This document shows positions 13,000-33,449 of a stretch of DNA of 64,000 nt, one piece after another. The notes below the pieces were generated by a model. That model was not told the DNA's origin, searched no databases, and worked only from the letters and a program-made list of their open reading frames with translations. The translations under genes were made by a program, and so were the position numbers. Origin of the DNA: Anthoceros angustus (lineage: Eukaryota > Plantae > Anthocerotophyta); assembly GCA_010909165.1 (NCBI GenBank), contig VJWM01000044.1:1116001-1180000 (forward strand), written 5' to 3'. The first letter of the stretch is position 1. Every line of letters begins with the position of its first letter.

Positions 13000-14691
13000 A
13001 TGGACTTCGACTTCGACCCGCCCTCCTTCTCGCTCGGATCGGACGACTTCCGGTCGCCCGCTGCCGACCGGCAAGATCCTCCCGTGGAGCGCATTGCCGT
13101 GGATTGCAGCTACGACGTGCCTGGTAGGCGAAGATCTGAGCGATCTGGGGCCGAGGTTGTGATGATCTTGGCAGCGATGGAGTTCTGAATGTGGGTACCC
13201 GACTTTGCAGACTCGGAAGGGGATGAAGGAGGATTGGACTGGAAGGCATTCCCAAGGAGGAGATTGAAGCGGCTGAGGCGGCTGGTGGGAGAAGTCAGCC
13301 CAGCTCGGGAGTCGGATTTGTGTGTGGGAACTGGACGCGCCGGATCTGAGGTGGGGCTTGAGGACGATGACATTGAGGACTTCTCGGAGGACGAGACTTC
13401 CATCGTTGGCGGTATGGGTTGGGGGAGGAGGGCATTTGAAGAGGCATTTGGGTGGGGATGCGGGTCCTGAATTCCGCGCTTGGCTTGAATTCTGCAGATG
13501 GCGGTTGCCACAGGCAGGCGTCATGGCGGGTGAGAGAGCAAGCAAAGACGCCGTTGCCTCGGGTTTCCGGGGCACTGGCGTCCACTTCTTCCGGTGTGAA
13601 AAGGAGCGACCTGTCGAGTCGGAAGAGGAAAGGGTGGCGTTTAGATGAGACGGATCTCTGTTGTGGGGTCTCTGATGGGGCGCCTGTGGCTGTTTCCGGG
13701 GGGAGAGCCTGTGGGGATGCGGGGAGGCAGGAGAGGGCAAAGTCTTTGTCTGCTTCTCCCTGTAATTTTGGGTGGAGAATGCGGCAGCCAGACTTTGACG
13801 AGGGCGAGACGAGCTTGGGCGGAGGAGGGGCAGAGTGGAGGACAGATGGAGAGGTCAAGGAAAGGAGTGACTATGTTGACCTGGAGGCTGAAGAAGTGAT
13901 ACTTGAAGATGAGAATCCTTGTTGGAATGACGTCTACCCCATGATGAAAGGGAAATCGGATGTCGTCGAGCTTTTGCGGAGGAGGCTGCCGAACTTCATC
14001 CCTGTCGATGTTCTGGCATCAGAAGGAGGAATTGAGGGAGAACCTGTCCACATTGACTACAGGTGACTTTGCTGTTTTCCAGGAATGTGATGACTTGTCG
14101 TTAGAGTGGATGGATCTGACCGTGTGGGTTGGCCCAGAAACCAATTTTCATCAGGGGCAGGGGCGGGGGCGGGAAATACACGACAAAGAGGAGACCCAAT
14201 GGGGCAGAGTCATTGTGACAAACCAACGTACAGGAAGGGTAGGGGCGGGCAGGCTCGTGGGAGAGGGGGAGGGAGAGGAAGGGGGAAAACTGCTCCTTCT
14301 CCTGCTCCAGCTTCGACCGCCAACAAGGGGTACTGGACCACTGAAAAGGCGGGTAATCGGGTACGTACTTCTGGAGGTTTCACCACACCGCTGATGGCGG
14401 CTGGAATCCGGACAGCTCATGGAAGGCTGGAATCCGGCATCTGTCAATGTCTGTGTGCACAGATCTACGTCACGCAAGACGGACGGAAGTTGAGTGGGAG
14501 AATGGCTTACAAGCAGCACTTAAGGGTGAGCGGCAATGTTGGAACTCTGACAAGAAAGCACTGATCACGTCGTTCGCTACACGTCCCTATGACTGACTGC
14601 TGCCGTTTCCTTTTCTGGGCTCGTGCAGGAGAATGGCAAACCATCCAAGAAAGGAAAGGCCAAGTCTGGTCGTGCCTCCAAGAAATCCTGA
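13000..14691 (+). CDS. Uncharacterised conserved-looking plant nuclear protein (6 exons)
   Basis: Spliced model with GT-AG introns: MDFDFDPPSFSLG...VP|DSEGDE...RRRLKRLRR...DDDIEDFSED...VVELLRRRLPNFIPVD...VHIDYR|NQF...GYWTTEKAGNR|IYVTQDGRKLSGRMAYKQHLR|ENGKPSKKGKAKSGRASKKS* (TGA 14689-14691). Confidence 0.8.
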
Positions 14692-14809
14692 ATACAGGAC
14701 CATCCGCAACCTGTACAGACTACAGGTGCCCTCCTTGTGGCCTGGATGACATTTGGAGAGGTGCTACTGCAGCGGGTAAGTATTTCACAGACTGAGCTTT
14801 CCTACAGAG

Positions 14810-21442
<6,633 letters not shown>

Positions 21443-22193
21443 AGATCTGCGCGTTTTGCGGCATTTTTCATGCAGTGATGAATTCACATTGGTGGGCCAA
21501 ATTCTCGCACGTTTCTGACAGGCTTGTTTCGTTCTTTTTATCGGAGAAGTTGTTCTTCTCACGCATGGGAGACTCTCTTAAAGGGTGGAGGAGAGCTTCA
21601 AAGGAGTCCCGGCAGCTCGTTTTCTATTTATCAAACCTAGATCGTGATTCCATTAGGATGTGCACTGAAATGGAGCTATTATGGGACATAACATATTCAA
21701 AGACATTAGATATTAAAGTATTTTATATAATAATAATTAAGAAAAAAATTGCATCAAATTAATTAAAAAATAAAACCATTGAAAATAATGGGAGGGTGAT
21801 TGAGAAGAAGAGCAAATAAACCTTGTAAAGAGTGTGTTGGATTGCCGCAGTGATAAAGCTCATTAGCCAAGATGAGCTAATAAAAGAATTTGTATACACT
21901 CATACGCATCAATCATAGTACCTCCCTATTTTGCTTTCAGTATCATCTAGCATAAGAAGGGGATGTATGTATGCCTGAAAGCCGGAGCACTAGCGAATTT
22001 AATAGTGGAACGCACAAATTCATTTCACCCTTATCAAACAATATGAAGCATCATTGATCAAAGCATGGGGTGGTTTCACATATCCAAACCCGAACATGGG
22101 CTCGGTATTAGGTTTATTCTAGGTGGTCAGAAACTTGTCTATTGTAGGTGGTCAAGAAACTTGTCCACATATCCCAGGTCGATCGATCGGCTG

Positions 22194-22400
22194 CATCGGT
22201 GTGAACTTTGCACCCACGAAAAGGGGTTTCAGTTTGAACGACATCGGTGTGAACTTTGCACCCACGAAAAGGGGTTTCAGTTTGAACGGGGCACCCACCA
22301 AAAGACTGCGTATGTGCAAACTGACACACCCTTGGTCATGCCACCTACCAAAGGATTGCCTACGTGCAAACTGACATACCCTCGGTCATGCCACCTGAGA
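22194..22400 (+). repeat. Two adjacent short tandem duplications (48-bp exact x2; ~50-bp imperfect x2)
   Basis: catcggtgtgaactttgcacccacgaaaaggggtttcagtttgaacg at 22194 and 22242; gtgcaaactgaca(c/t)accct(t/c)ggtcatgccacct twice downstream. Confidence 0.85.
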
Positions 22401-24194
22401 TTGAATTGACCGCCTAGTACATGTGAAACTATGTTGTTGTCGTGGACCAAGTCAGTTTTCTTTACAACTTGGACATGGCAAGTACATATGCACAAAACCA
22501 CCCTTACGAGATGGAGATGTACTCCTACAAGCTAAGGTACGTTCCAACTTGAGTCCAGTTTGTTCATTCACTTATGATTGTCCAATCCAATTTGTTTATT
22601 CACTTACTCATTGATCACCCGTTCTTCATGGTACATCTTGGCACCATGCGTCGTGCCACAACAACCAAATAATCTATTATACTCCACTTGGACAGAATTT
22701 TAACAAAATGGGACTTGGTATTTAACAACTTGTACCATGGTGTGTGTCTAAGCTACTTGCACCAAGGGTATCCACTCCCTCTAGGCACCCCATCTAAGCA
22801 CCGATCTAAGCCCAAAATGCTTAAGAGCGGCCTCCTTATAAGCCATTTGGAGAGGGCATCGTGCTGTGCAGCCGGATGTCGTCCACATATCATTCTGCAC
22901 TGCCTGCCGCGCGCCACCTAGGGCTGCGTCCACATCAGGGGTTCCGATTGACCGCGTCCCCGCCTCAGTCCCCCTACCCGACTCCGTTGGAAAAAGTTCG
23001 GGACCGGCGGTCGGTGAAGTTGTCGGTCCCGATCCCCGTCCCTCTTTTTTCCCGGGTACCGACGGTCCCGTAAAGCACTGTGTCATAGTCCAAGTATCAT
23101 CCATGGACACGATATTCCATGTAGTTTTATTGGTGTAGAATTTATTTATATATTAATTTGAATTATTTTTAAAATGTAAAATAAATATTTACGAGTAATG
23201 TGAAAAAGGTTCTAATGTAGCTGAGACAGAGAGTACCGAAAAGTAGTGGTTCCTGTCCCCTGAAAAATGCCAGTCACTTGAGCGTTTCCCCCAGAAATTA
23301 TGCTCTCTCCCAATTTTTGATGGGTGACATCTCATCCTAGAAGTGATCGGAAGAGGATCGCTCAATCGTAAAGTTTGAACGAACTAAGAAGGTAGGTAAC
23401 ATCCCGTCCCAAAAAGTGATCCCATTTGAGGATCGCTCAAGTGGAAAGTTTGAACGAACTAGGAAGGCGTAGGAAATTCCATTGAATGGAGGACTGCATA
23501 TGAGATACATAAGCGGGGCCAGTAGGTCACTCATCCTCCTCGTCCTCGATTATATCATGTATATTAGCAGCAACATTAGGTGACACATCCTCCTCCTTCG
23601 TTGTTTGTAGGCCGTTTATTCTTCCCACATACGACATTGTATATTGTAAGTGCAATCTCTGACTTCTAGTAGGAAGCTTAATTGCCCCTTTTCACCTGGA
23701 CCCTTAGGGTGTTCCTTGGTTGTCCTGTTCAAGATGGACTTTTTCATCAAAATTTTCTCCTCGATAAAATAATTCTACTTCGTGTCATATATTGCCATTT
23801 AGTACTAGTGAGATTTAGGTAGGTCGTGTTTGAAATTTTTAAATATGGTATTAAAGATTTAAACAGAAAAAAAAACGAAGGGGAAGAGGGTGGGCGTTGG
23901 GCGGACGACCGAAGGTTGGAACCGGGCCCCCCGAGTGTTAAGGGCGTGGGTTGGAAAGTCGGTCGGCTTGGCACCACAAACTGCCTACGCCTAGGCCATG
24001 CTAGGAAACGCAAGGGAGAAGGGAGGGTAGGCAGGGCATGTGCTTACGCCTGGCTCACGCTCCGCCCGCCCGCCACTCCGACTCTGACTCCCACTCCACT
24101 TCTTGCGCAAAGCGCAGCGCAGGACAGGAGAGATCTGGAACAAGACGGCCACGGACGGCCCCCGCCCGCCCGTAGGGTACTAGTGCCGTAGGGC

Positions 24195-24480
24195 AAGCAC
24201 AGCAAGCAAGCAAGGGCAAGGCAAAAAGCCCCACCCGAGGCCAGGCAGCCAGGGCCGCAGTGCAGGGCACAGATATATAGCCAGCAGCAGGCTTGGATCG
24301 TGAAGCGCAGGCGCAAAGGCAGGGCCCAGGGCAAGGCAAGGCAAGGCCAACAGATAGACGCAAGCCGAGCCAAGGAAGGAAGCGGGAAGGGAAGGGAAGG
24401 AAAGGAAAGGAAAGGAAAGGAAAGGCTGCTGTTTTGAGTATTCTGTGGTGTGTGTTTGTGTGTGTGTGTGTGTGTGTGCT
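24195..24480 (+). repeat. Microsatellites (CAAGG)n, (GGAAA)n, (GT)n upstream of the BAT2-like gene
   Basis: Read directly. Confidence 0.9.
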
Positions 24481-24564
24481 GTGGTGGTGAGAGACCCTGA
24501 TGCGGGTTGCGGCGCCGCGGCGGCACAGCACTGGCACTGGCAGGCGCCAGGGGAGGCGCACACC

Positions 24565-27500
24565 ATGGCGCGGGCTTCCAGCAGCACCAGGTTCGCGTCC
24601 GTCAACCTCAACAAGTCCTACGGCAAGCCGGCGGCGGCGCAATCCCTGGGGGGGGCCGGGGCCGCCGCGCCGGGGCCTTCCCCTTCTCGGCTCCGGCCCC
24701 GGCACGGGCCCGGCCTGGCCCCGGCGGCCTGGGCCCGGGAGCAGCTGCGCATGGGATAGCCGCCGCCTCCTCCTCCGGTTCTTCCAGCTCCAGGTCCCGG
24801 CTGGGGATCCGGCGGGGGCATGGTGCTCCTCACCCGGCCCCAGGCGCCCGGCGGCCCCCCGGCTAAGGGTTCCAAACTGGCCGTGCCCAGGCCCGTCAAT
24901 CTGCCGTCTCTCCGCCGGGAGCATGCCGGTAACGATCCCACCATCGCGCTGGTGGGCGCGGGATCCTCCAACGGCGCCCCCGGCTGGTCCCGGCAGCAGC
25001 AGCAGCAGCAGCAGCAGGACAGCAACGCTGAGCAGCAGGAGGCGGGATCCGGTAATGCGGCGGCCCAGCCCAGATCCGCGCTCTACGCCCCGCCCAGGAC
25101 CCGGGCCATGCACGCCCCGCCCGCGGCGTCGTCCCTGGTGCCCGACAAGGCGGTGCTGTTACGGGGGGAGGACTTCCCGACCTTGCAGGCCGCGCTGCCC
25201 GCCAGGCCCGCGTCCCCGCACAGGTACCGGGAGCGGCAGCAGCGGCTGGAGCAGGAGCGGAAGCTGGCTTTGAAGCAGCAGGAGCACCAGCAGCAGCAGC
25301 AGCAGCAGCAGGCGGTGGTGGGCGGGAAGGAGAATGCGGAGGGGGCATTGCAGCAGCGGGCTGTGGCCCTGGTGCCCACGGGCGGGGATGTGCAGGGGGT
25401 GCCGCCGCCGCATGTAGAGCAGCAGCAGCAGCATCAGCAGCAGGCTCAGGGAAGGCCGGGCAGGGAGGATGGGTACGGGGGCGGACCGCGCCCGTTTCTG
25501 GGGCTCGGAGTGGGAAGCCGCCTGTCCAATTGGACTGACGATGAGCGGGAGCCGGAGTCGCAGGCCAGGGCGTCCGGGAGCGGGTACGCGCACATGCCGG
25601 AGCATGCAGAGAGGGACTACTTCCAGCTCCATCAGCAGGGGGAGCCGCACCCGCGCTCGTTTTTTGGCAGGGAGGCTCGGGGGGCGTTCGTGGGGAATGG
25701 AATGGGAAAGGATGGGGAGTACGTGGATGCCAGGGCTGGGCCTGGTGGTGGGTTCGGGAGAGATGCTGGGCGGGAGTGGGGAAGAGAGCGAGGTGACTTC
25801 AGGGGGCCTGGGGGATCCAGCCGGGACCGGGAGGAGTCGCCTGCGGTTGCTGCTTCTGCAGCTGGGTACCGGAACTTGGGTAGGGAGGGGGAGCCGTTCA
25901 GGGACAACAACGGGCCTGGGTTCGAGAGGGAGGATTACGGCAGGTCCAGGTCCTGGAATCGGGGAGAGCAGGAGGGGAAGGATTGGGGAGGGCCCAGGGA
26001 GGGGTTTCCCAGGGGCAGAGGTTTGGGCCGGGGTACGGTGCTGGGAGGAGAACAGGGACGGCTTGATGCGGGTGCGTCCTATGGGAAGGACGTGGGTCGG
26101 GGATGGGAGGAGAGGTCGTCTGGGCATGTGCATGATGGGGCAGAGGGCGGTACGAGAATGTGGGTGCGGGTGTGTTTGGATCTGGGAGGGGTTGGGGTGG
26201 CAGATTATGGGCGGGGGAAACCCTACGTGAGCGATGCGGTGGTGGCGGACCTGACCATGCCCAGCTTCGACTTCCTGGCTGGAGGGGTGCAGGGAATGGA
26301 GCCCAGGAGTAGGGGGGCCCATCGGAGGAGAGAAGAGCCTAAAGAGGTGTACCATGATCCGGAGAGAGAGTCGTTTGAGGCGGAGCTGGAGCGAGTGCAG
26401 AGGCAGCAGGAACATGAGAGGCTGCAGAAGATTGAGGAGAAGGAGAGGGCAACGCTGCAGGCCAAGAAGGAGGAAGAGGAGCAAAAGCGTCTGGCCATGG
26501 AGGAGGAAGAGAGGCTGATGAAGCTGGAAGCTGAAAGCAGGGAGGCCCAGGCACGTGCCGAGCAGCAGGCATTGGAAGCTGCGAGAAAGGCTGCTCAGGA
26601 GAAGACTGCACGTGAGGAGGAAAAGAAGCAGATGCAACTAGAGGAGGAGAGGCGGAAGGAAAATGCCCGGCGCAAGTTGCTGGAGCTTGAAGAAAGAATT
26701 GCCCAGCGGGAACGGGAACGGATGGCTGATGCCAGCCGGACCATGGAGGATGGATCTAGTAAACGAGCGGATACTGAAAATCAGGCATCTGCTCCATTTT
26801 CAAGTTGGTTAGATAAGGAAAGCAGGTACAGAGAGTCGAAGCCGGTTGATGGAGACAGCATGGCAGCAACTGGACCCGGACTGGAGGTTACGAGTTCCTT
26901 GGATGATGAAGATGCTGGTCTAGATTCTGTCCGAGGCCGTGTCTTCTCCCCAGTGCGCTCCAGGTATTTAAGTGAGGACAGCAATGGGGCTGGCATGTCC
27001 TCCGGCCTGAATGATGGGACTCAGTCTCCAACCTCCCGGGACTGTGTCGTTGGAAGTTTTTCAGAACACAGAGCAGGAGATCACACTGATTCCCTTAGGT
27101 CTGAGTCCTATACCACCTGGAGGCATGACTCGGCTGATGCTAGCCATTGGGCAGCAGCCACCTCGCAGCAGACAGTTTCCCTTACCATTCCAGATGGAGT
27201 TGGCGACATTCAGAGATTATCCAAAGGGCAGAGTCCATCTGGTGTGAGGCATTTTTCTGAGCGGGACTTGAGAAATGCTCCTTATGCTTTCTCTGGTAAG
27301 AATTCTGGAGATCATTTAGTCAGGAAGGACGTGGAGCAGGATCAGGCACAGAACTGGAGGTGGGCACCGCCGGATGGAAGTGCTCACACCAAGTATCTGT
27401 ATCCACGCCCAGGGGCTCCTAATTATGACGCTTACTTTAGGAATTCTCCTTTTGAGAAGGAGGGTAGTCGTCGCTGGTCCAGGGACAAGCCTGACCGGCA

Positions 27501-30500
27501 TCGGGCTAGAGATGTTCCACAACGGCCCCCGTCTGCATCTACAATTGCGTCAGGGTCTGATGCAACGGCTGGCCCTTCAAATCTCTCCTTACCTAAGCAA
27601 ACACGGGGGCCACCACCTGTTTTATCACCGCTCAACGGCTCTAAGAAAGTGGCTGATGATGCAGATGCTACTTCAGTTGTCGCCGCAGTTGATGAACATT
27701 GTGGGGAAGAAACAGGGAGGAAGGTGGGTGTTGCCTCATGGACGAATCCTAATTCTGCAGATGATCCTATTAGCAAGTCCCAGGCAACACGGAGTGCGAT
27801 CCTCCAGCAACCTGTGAGCCAGCCGCCTCAGTGGGAATCACTGTTTTCACAGCAGGACACGAGGTGGCATCGGGGTGAGCAGTCCTCATCGCCGTCTCTT
27901 AGGCCGCATGGTACATTTGTGCAGGCTTCTCGTACCACCAGAGTGGAGCTTGGCGACCTTCAACATTCCCAGCTAGCAGCTTCTGTGTCCTCGAAAGCAG
28001 ATTCTGGTGCTCGAGGAGCATCTGTGGCTTCACAGGGTGAGATACAAGGTGTAGGTGATGAGGTACTGTCTCCTCGCACCCCTGAGACTTCAGAAGAGCA
28101 ATTTGGTTCAGGCCGGGGCACAGTAACTGTCCAAGCAGATGAAAATGAAAGGGTGATGGTGTCCATTGAAGAGAATGTGGAACCTGAAGATCTTGTCGCT
28201 CCACAGGCAGATGACTATGGTGTACATTCAGAAGTGAAAGCGGAGAGTGAGAAAGCACAGTTTCAGCTTGATGATGGAGAGTCTATGGACAAAGCCTTGG
28301 TTGTCGAGGTCAAAGTAGATGAGACCGTTGACTGGGAAACCCAATTGCAGAACTTGCAATCAGAGAGCAGCTTGGTTGGTGAGCAAGCACAGGAGCAAAT
28401 GATTGAACAGGATGACCTGCCTCAGCTGGTATCAGAACCTGTGCTTCAGCCCTGTCCTCCAAAGGCCTCTGCCAGTTTAGCCCCGTCGGGATCCATGGGC
28501 CCTAGTGACTCGAGAGAATCTGCCGCACCCCAGCTTGTATCCTCCACATCTTCATCTACACAGAACAAGCCTGATTCAGTAAATTACTCAAAGCCGGTAC
28601 CCTTGGTTATGACCATCCCCGAATACGAAGAGGTCCTAGTGAGCTTGCCCATGGATACTTCTGTCCCTTTGGTTTCAGGAGCTGCCATCCACATAGGGTC
28701 CATACCAATGCCCCTTCATCCATATCCTCAGTTTGATCTGAAGGATTTTCAATCTGCCTTGTTTCAGTTTGGGCAGGTAGGGGAGAATGCTTCTGAGTTC
28801 TCTACTGATGAAAAGCAGAGTTCCCCACCTCGTGTGTCACCCAAAAGCGACCAGGCTCCTTCTAAATCACTGCAGGGTGGTGCCAAAGACCAGGTGTTCC
28901 TTCCTCCAAATGTTTCACAGCCTGGAAATGCTTCTTCTGGAAGTGGCAAAGGTGTGGCATTAGAGACGCCGCATCGACCATGGGCAGCTCAATATCTCTC
29001 CCCTGTTGCTGTTGTGGTACCTTCAGAAGATATGAAACAGGATCCACATGACACTCCTGTCCCCTCTCAAGCTAGCTGCTCTGGGGTTATGCTGGAAGCT
29101 ACTTCTTCTTCTGCTTCAGACTTGCAGGAGGACAATGCAACGCTTGTTGATAGAACTCTCAATGAGTCAGATGCCTTGACAGTAGGTGAAGAAGTTGTAG
29201 ACAACCACTGGCAGAGGCCTCTACAAATTAGATCTAGACATGCTGCAGCCCGCGGAGCAGGAATAGTTGGTAGGGGGAAGGGAAGGAATAGTGTGACTTC
29301 AGGAGGGAGTGCCCAAATTGGTACAGACAGTTCATCTTTTGTCTCTGGGCCCCTGGACGTTAGGTCGGATGGTTTGCCTTTGAAAGGTAGGGCAGGTAGG
29401 AGCCGGCATAGGAGGAAGCTGGAGCCTAGGAGCAGGGATCCTGCAGGAAATGCAGATAAAGAATCATTTCCTATGGGTGAGAACATGCAAAACGAGAGCA
29501 CCAACTGTGTAGATGCAGCAAAATCTAGTTGGTTTCCTGGCATCCATGCAGAAGGTGGTATTAAGAAAGAACGGCCCAAGGAACCTTGGGTTCAGGCTCC
29601 TGAGAGAAGGAATGTGAGCTCTGGCCGACAAAATTTGCATGCCGGTTCAGGTTTCTCGCATAGAAGCAGGAAAGGTGATCGGGCTGGCAGCAGTGAAACA
29701 TTGTCAGGAAGTGGTTTTACTGGTAGTAACACCGCAGATGGACTTCTGGGCAAATATGGCACCTCGGAAGTGGCACCTGATGCTGCCGGTGAGCGTGGCA
29801 GTGCTCCGGCATCCCAGCAAGTGGGTAGTGGTATGCCTGTGGAGGAAGATGACTTCATAGAAGTAAGGTCTAAGCGGCAGATGCTCAATGACAGAAGAGA
29901 GCAGAGGGAGAGAGAGAAGGCAAAGACAATGGATGTTAAGGTATGAAAGTTGTGATTTAGTGCATTGCTTCTGGCTGAGTACTCTGTGCGCAGGGTTGCT
30001 CCAGCTCAGCTGTACATCTGGGAAGCAGGGGAGAACTGTTGCTCATTGAGTTCTGAATGTTGTCTTTTGATAGTCTAAGGAGCACTCAGCACGGAAGCAA
30101 AGGGCTGCACCAAAGTTAAGTTCCCTGGCAGATCCCAGTGCCATTCATGGCGGCAAGTCCAGCTCGATTTCTGGAAAGGACCGAAGGTCAATGTTGAATT
30201 CAGGTCCTTCAGGCATCGGCCAAAGACTGCTTGAGTCCAACTCTGCACCTTCAATTGCAACAGTCAGGTTAACCCTTCACCCCTGCCCAGCTGTTGATGT
30301 AGGTGGTTAACACCCCTGTGTGGGTGGCTGGTGCTATGTTCCCTCAATTCCTTTGTCTGAGTCTGCAAATTTGTGCAGGTCAGGGAACACAAGCTCAGCT
30401 TCGGGAGAGCTTACGACTTTGTCCACTTCTGAGGATCATGGTGTTGTACAAGAAAGCCTCCCCCCGACGATAACGTGGGGTAGAGTGAGGTCCACTGTAG

Positions 30501-33449
30501 AGGTTTGTCAGAATCTGGCTGTTACCTTTCAAGTTACCTGATTTATCTAGCTAATTGCTGAGCTTGCCGTGTAACGTGAATTCCTGTCCATGTTGTCCTA
30601 GTGAGTTGTTGGCTAGGATGTCATTATCACATGTGGACTTCAGAGATGTAGCCTTCCCATGACATCATTCTCTGACAGGTGGTTGGAACACAACCCCAGC
30701 CTGAAGAGGACAAGAGGCCTTTGTCTTACGAGGTTTCCGCGCAGCCAAAGATGCACTCTAGTGATAGAGGTACAATGGTCGTAGAGCCTGGTCCGTTGGT
30801 CAACAGCATGTCAGCTGAAGATAAAGTACCCACCCCAGCATCTGGACTTGTCGGTCTTTTCTCAGCGGGTGGCGAGATTCAATTTGGTGGGTGGTGGTCT
30901 ACAAGTCCATCGTTGTTCTTTCTGCAAGATTTTTGTGGCCTACATTTCCAACCAACACCCTTTCAGACTCACTGTCTCTTTGCGCTTCCATCGGCCTGTG
31001 AGTTAAGTTATACGCTCTTTGACATGTGGTGGTGCAGGAGCAGTTATACCACCCACCTTGCTCATGCAAAGCAGTCAGGTCTGCACACCAGCTACTAGCG
31101 CTGTTACATCTGGCTCTCGGGGCTTCAGAGTTGATGGCACCAGTGATGGCTTTGAGCAACACATAAGTAAGCCTGAAAGGCAGAATGATTTGGCGAGCTT
31201 TTCCTCAAGGGGAAAGCGGACAAGAGGAAATGAGCTGATCATTGAGGTGGTGGAGGCAGGGGCAGGGGTTGGGGTTGGGACTGAGGCTGATGCTGAAGCT
31301 GAGGCTGAGGCTGAAGCAGAGGCAGCTGCCTCAGCAGTGGCAGTTGCTGCAATAAGCACTGATGATCCTTTCTCCCAGTCCCACCATGGTGATGCTCAGA
31401 GCTCAGTTTCTGGGCCTGCCATTGTAGCGACAGGAATGAAAGGCACTTACAGGCAATCAGTTCCAACAACAGGCTCCATCAGTAAGTGCATCTCATTGGT
31501 TAGGCAGCTGGAGCTTGGTTAACTAACGAGTTTTTGAAGCCTGTGTATGAACTTTTACTCTTGTTTGCTTAATCTGTTTGCTCGCAGCTGTCTCTTTGGT
31601 GCTGCCTGTCTGGGTTTCCTCTGTTTCTGTGAACCCTAACTGCTAGCAAGTATGGTTTCCAACTGTTTAGCAAAATTGGTGGTTTTCACCGCTTTCGCTC
31701 AACCTCGGTGGGTGTTTTCAGGCTTGAACATGGGCGCTCAACGAGTGGTACAGCCTCCCATGTCAGAGGACTCAGTGACTGTTGCACTGCCTCCAGACCT
31801 GTCTATTGATTCCTCCGCACTGCTTCGGGGTATTTCAGCCAGTCAGGGTCCATCAGTGCAGGTCTTTACTGGAATGCCTGGAGGCCAGTCTCCTTTCCCT
31901 GTGTCGGAGGTGGGAGCAATGTTGGGTGGTCCTGTCTTTGGATTCCAATCAGGGGAGGAAATGATCTCAGGACACCGGCAGGGAAAAGATGCCTCAGTTC
32001 TCGAGCATGGAGTTCCATCTGTTGGGCCTGGTGGCTGGCGTCAGCATGTGGGGGTAGCCGACTCTTTATATGGCACTCCGTCCTCAAGCTTTTCTGGGGC
32101 GGGGGCGTTCATGAATAGTGGGATGCCAAGCATGCAGGCTGCCCCACATATGTTGGCTGTGTACACTAATCCCTTTGCTCCTCTGAGCCAGTTCAGTCAT
32201 ATGGGATTTCTGCCCGCGTACCTAGCATCAGGCAAACAGCCTGATTGGAAGCATACTCCCATGAATTCAAGTACAGCCGTAGGGATGACCAACGAAGTTG
32301 GAGGACTTGTCAACATAGGTCCGAGCCAGCACAACTCAGGGGTATGCAGTCCTTTGGAGCAAAGCAATCCTGGTTCATTGAGACATGTTTCTCCTTCACC
32401 TGTGCTCTTTAGTAGGAACAGATCTACTTGGTTCCAGGTAAATACACTGGGATATTGATGTGGAGGTATGCGGGACAGCGACACCTTAGCTGGTTCCTAA
32501 GCTTTGCTGGGTGACGTTTCTAACTGATGTGTTTTTCCTGTGTATGCAGATGTCGGGTGCCGAAGTTCCAGTGCAATCCCAATGGTCTCATGTCCAAGGA
32601 CTTCCCTTGCATAACACGCACCTCCCTCCGTCGTTACTAAATTTTGCAATGTCATCAAGAGAGGTGCGAAATGCTCAAGCGAACTTGGAGTTCTTGCCTT
32701 CTCGGAGCATGGATGCTACTGGTGGATTGGGCCCGGTTGGGGTAAAAGGTGCAGCATCAAGTAATGGGCCCTTAAGGTCGGTTGATGCTACTGTTTCTCG
32801 GTTCCCAGATGAGCTTGGTTACCTAGTTCCCCCTCAAATGGCTGAATTGAGCTCTAATTTCAGCGAGCTCAAGCCACCAGGTGGGGTTATGAACAGTATG
32901 GGACCAGGAGTTGCTCCCAGCCGGATGCAGCGCAACAGGCGGCCTTCCAGAATTTCGCGAGGTGGTGATGGTCGGGGAACAGGTGCAAATGGTAGCGTGA
33001 AGGGCAGTAATGGAATTCTAGGATCAACTGGTGGGCACAGGGCAGTGGTTACAGATGGACTGCCCTCTCAGCATCTCCCTTCTCTGACCCACAATGAGCA
33101 GTACCCTTTTGGGCAGCCTATGGGAATGGTGGACCGAGGGGGTCTTATCCCTCAGGGTAGCGTTCCCAGAATGGGACTAAAAGGACACGGCTGGACTGGT
33201 CAGGTGAACCGAAAGGCTCAAGGTGCTGCTGGGAAGCAGCCCTCATTTGGTGATCAACGTCCTCAAGTGCAAGGTGGAGACAAGTTTTCTTCACCGACTG
33301 CGAGATTGAAACAGGTGTACGTGGTGAAGCCTTCTGCGCCTCCCTCGAAGAGGGTTGTCCCGGTGAATGGCACAGAGTCGGTAGGTCGCGCCAACATTTT
33401 TACCCCTAATGTGGGTGATCAGCAGGGTGGTGACACACTTGGTCGCTGA
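24565..33449 (+). CDS. Very large BAT2/PRRC2 N-terminal-domain protein (plant RGG/coiled-coil RNA-associated family); assembly shows an in-frame TAG at 24757
   Basis: MARASSSTRFASVNLNKSYG, GMVLLTRP, KLAVPRPVNLPSLRREH (BAT2_N), LRGEDFPTL, HDPERESFEAELERVQ plus coiled coil, DDFIEVRSKRQMLNDRREQRE, AEAEAAASAVAVAAIS, GKQPDWKH, KQVYVVKP. A >5-kb first coding exon followed by GT-AG introns. Confidence 0.88.

Noticed and set aside
22937-23080. hAT-like MITE (CAGGGG...CACTG ends)
   Set aside because: Terminal inverted repeats are weak and no matching 8-bp target-site duplication is present.
25159-26637. 492-aa minus-strand ORF
   Set aside because: Antisense shadow of the GC-rich, Gln/Glu-rich BAT2-like exon.
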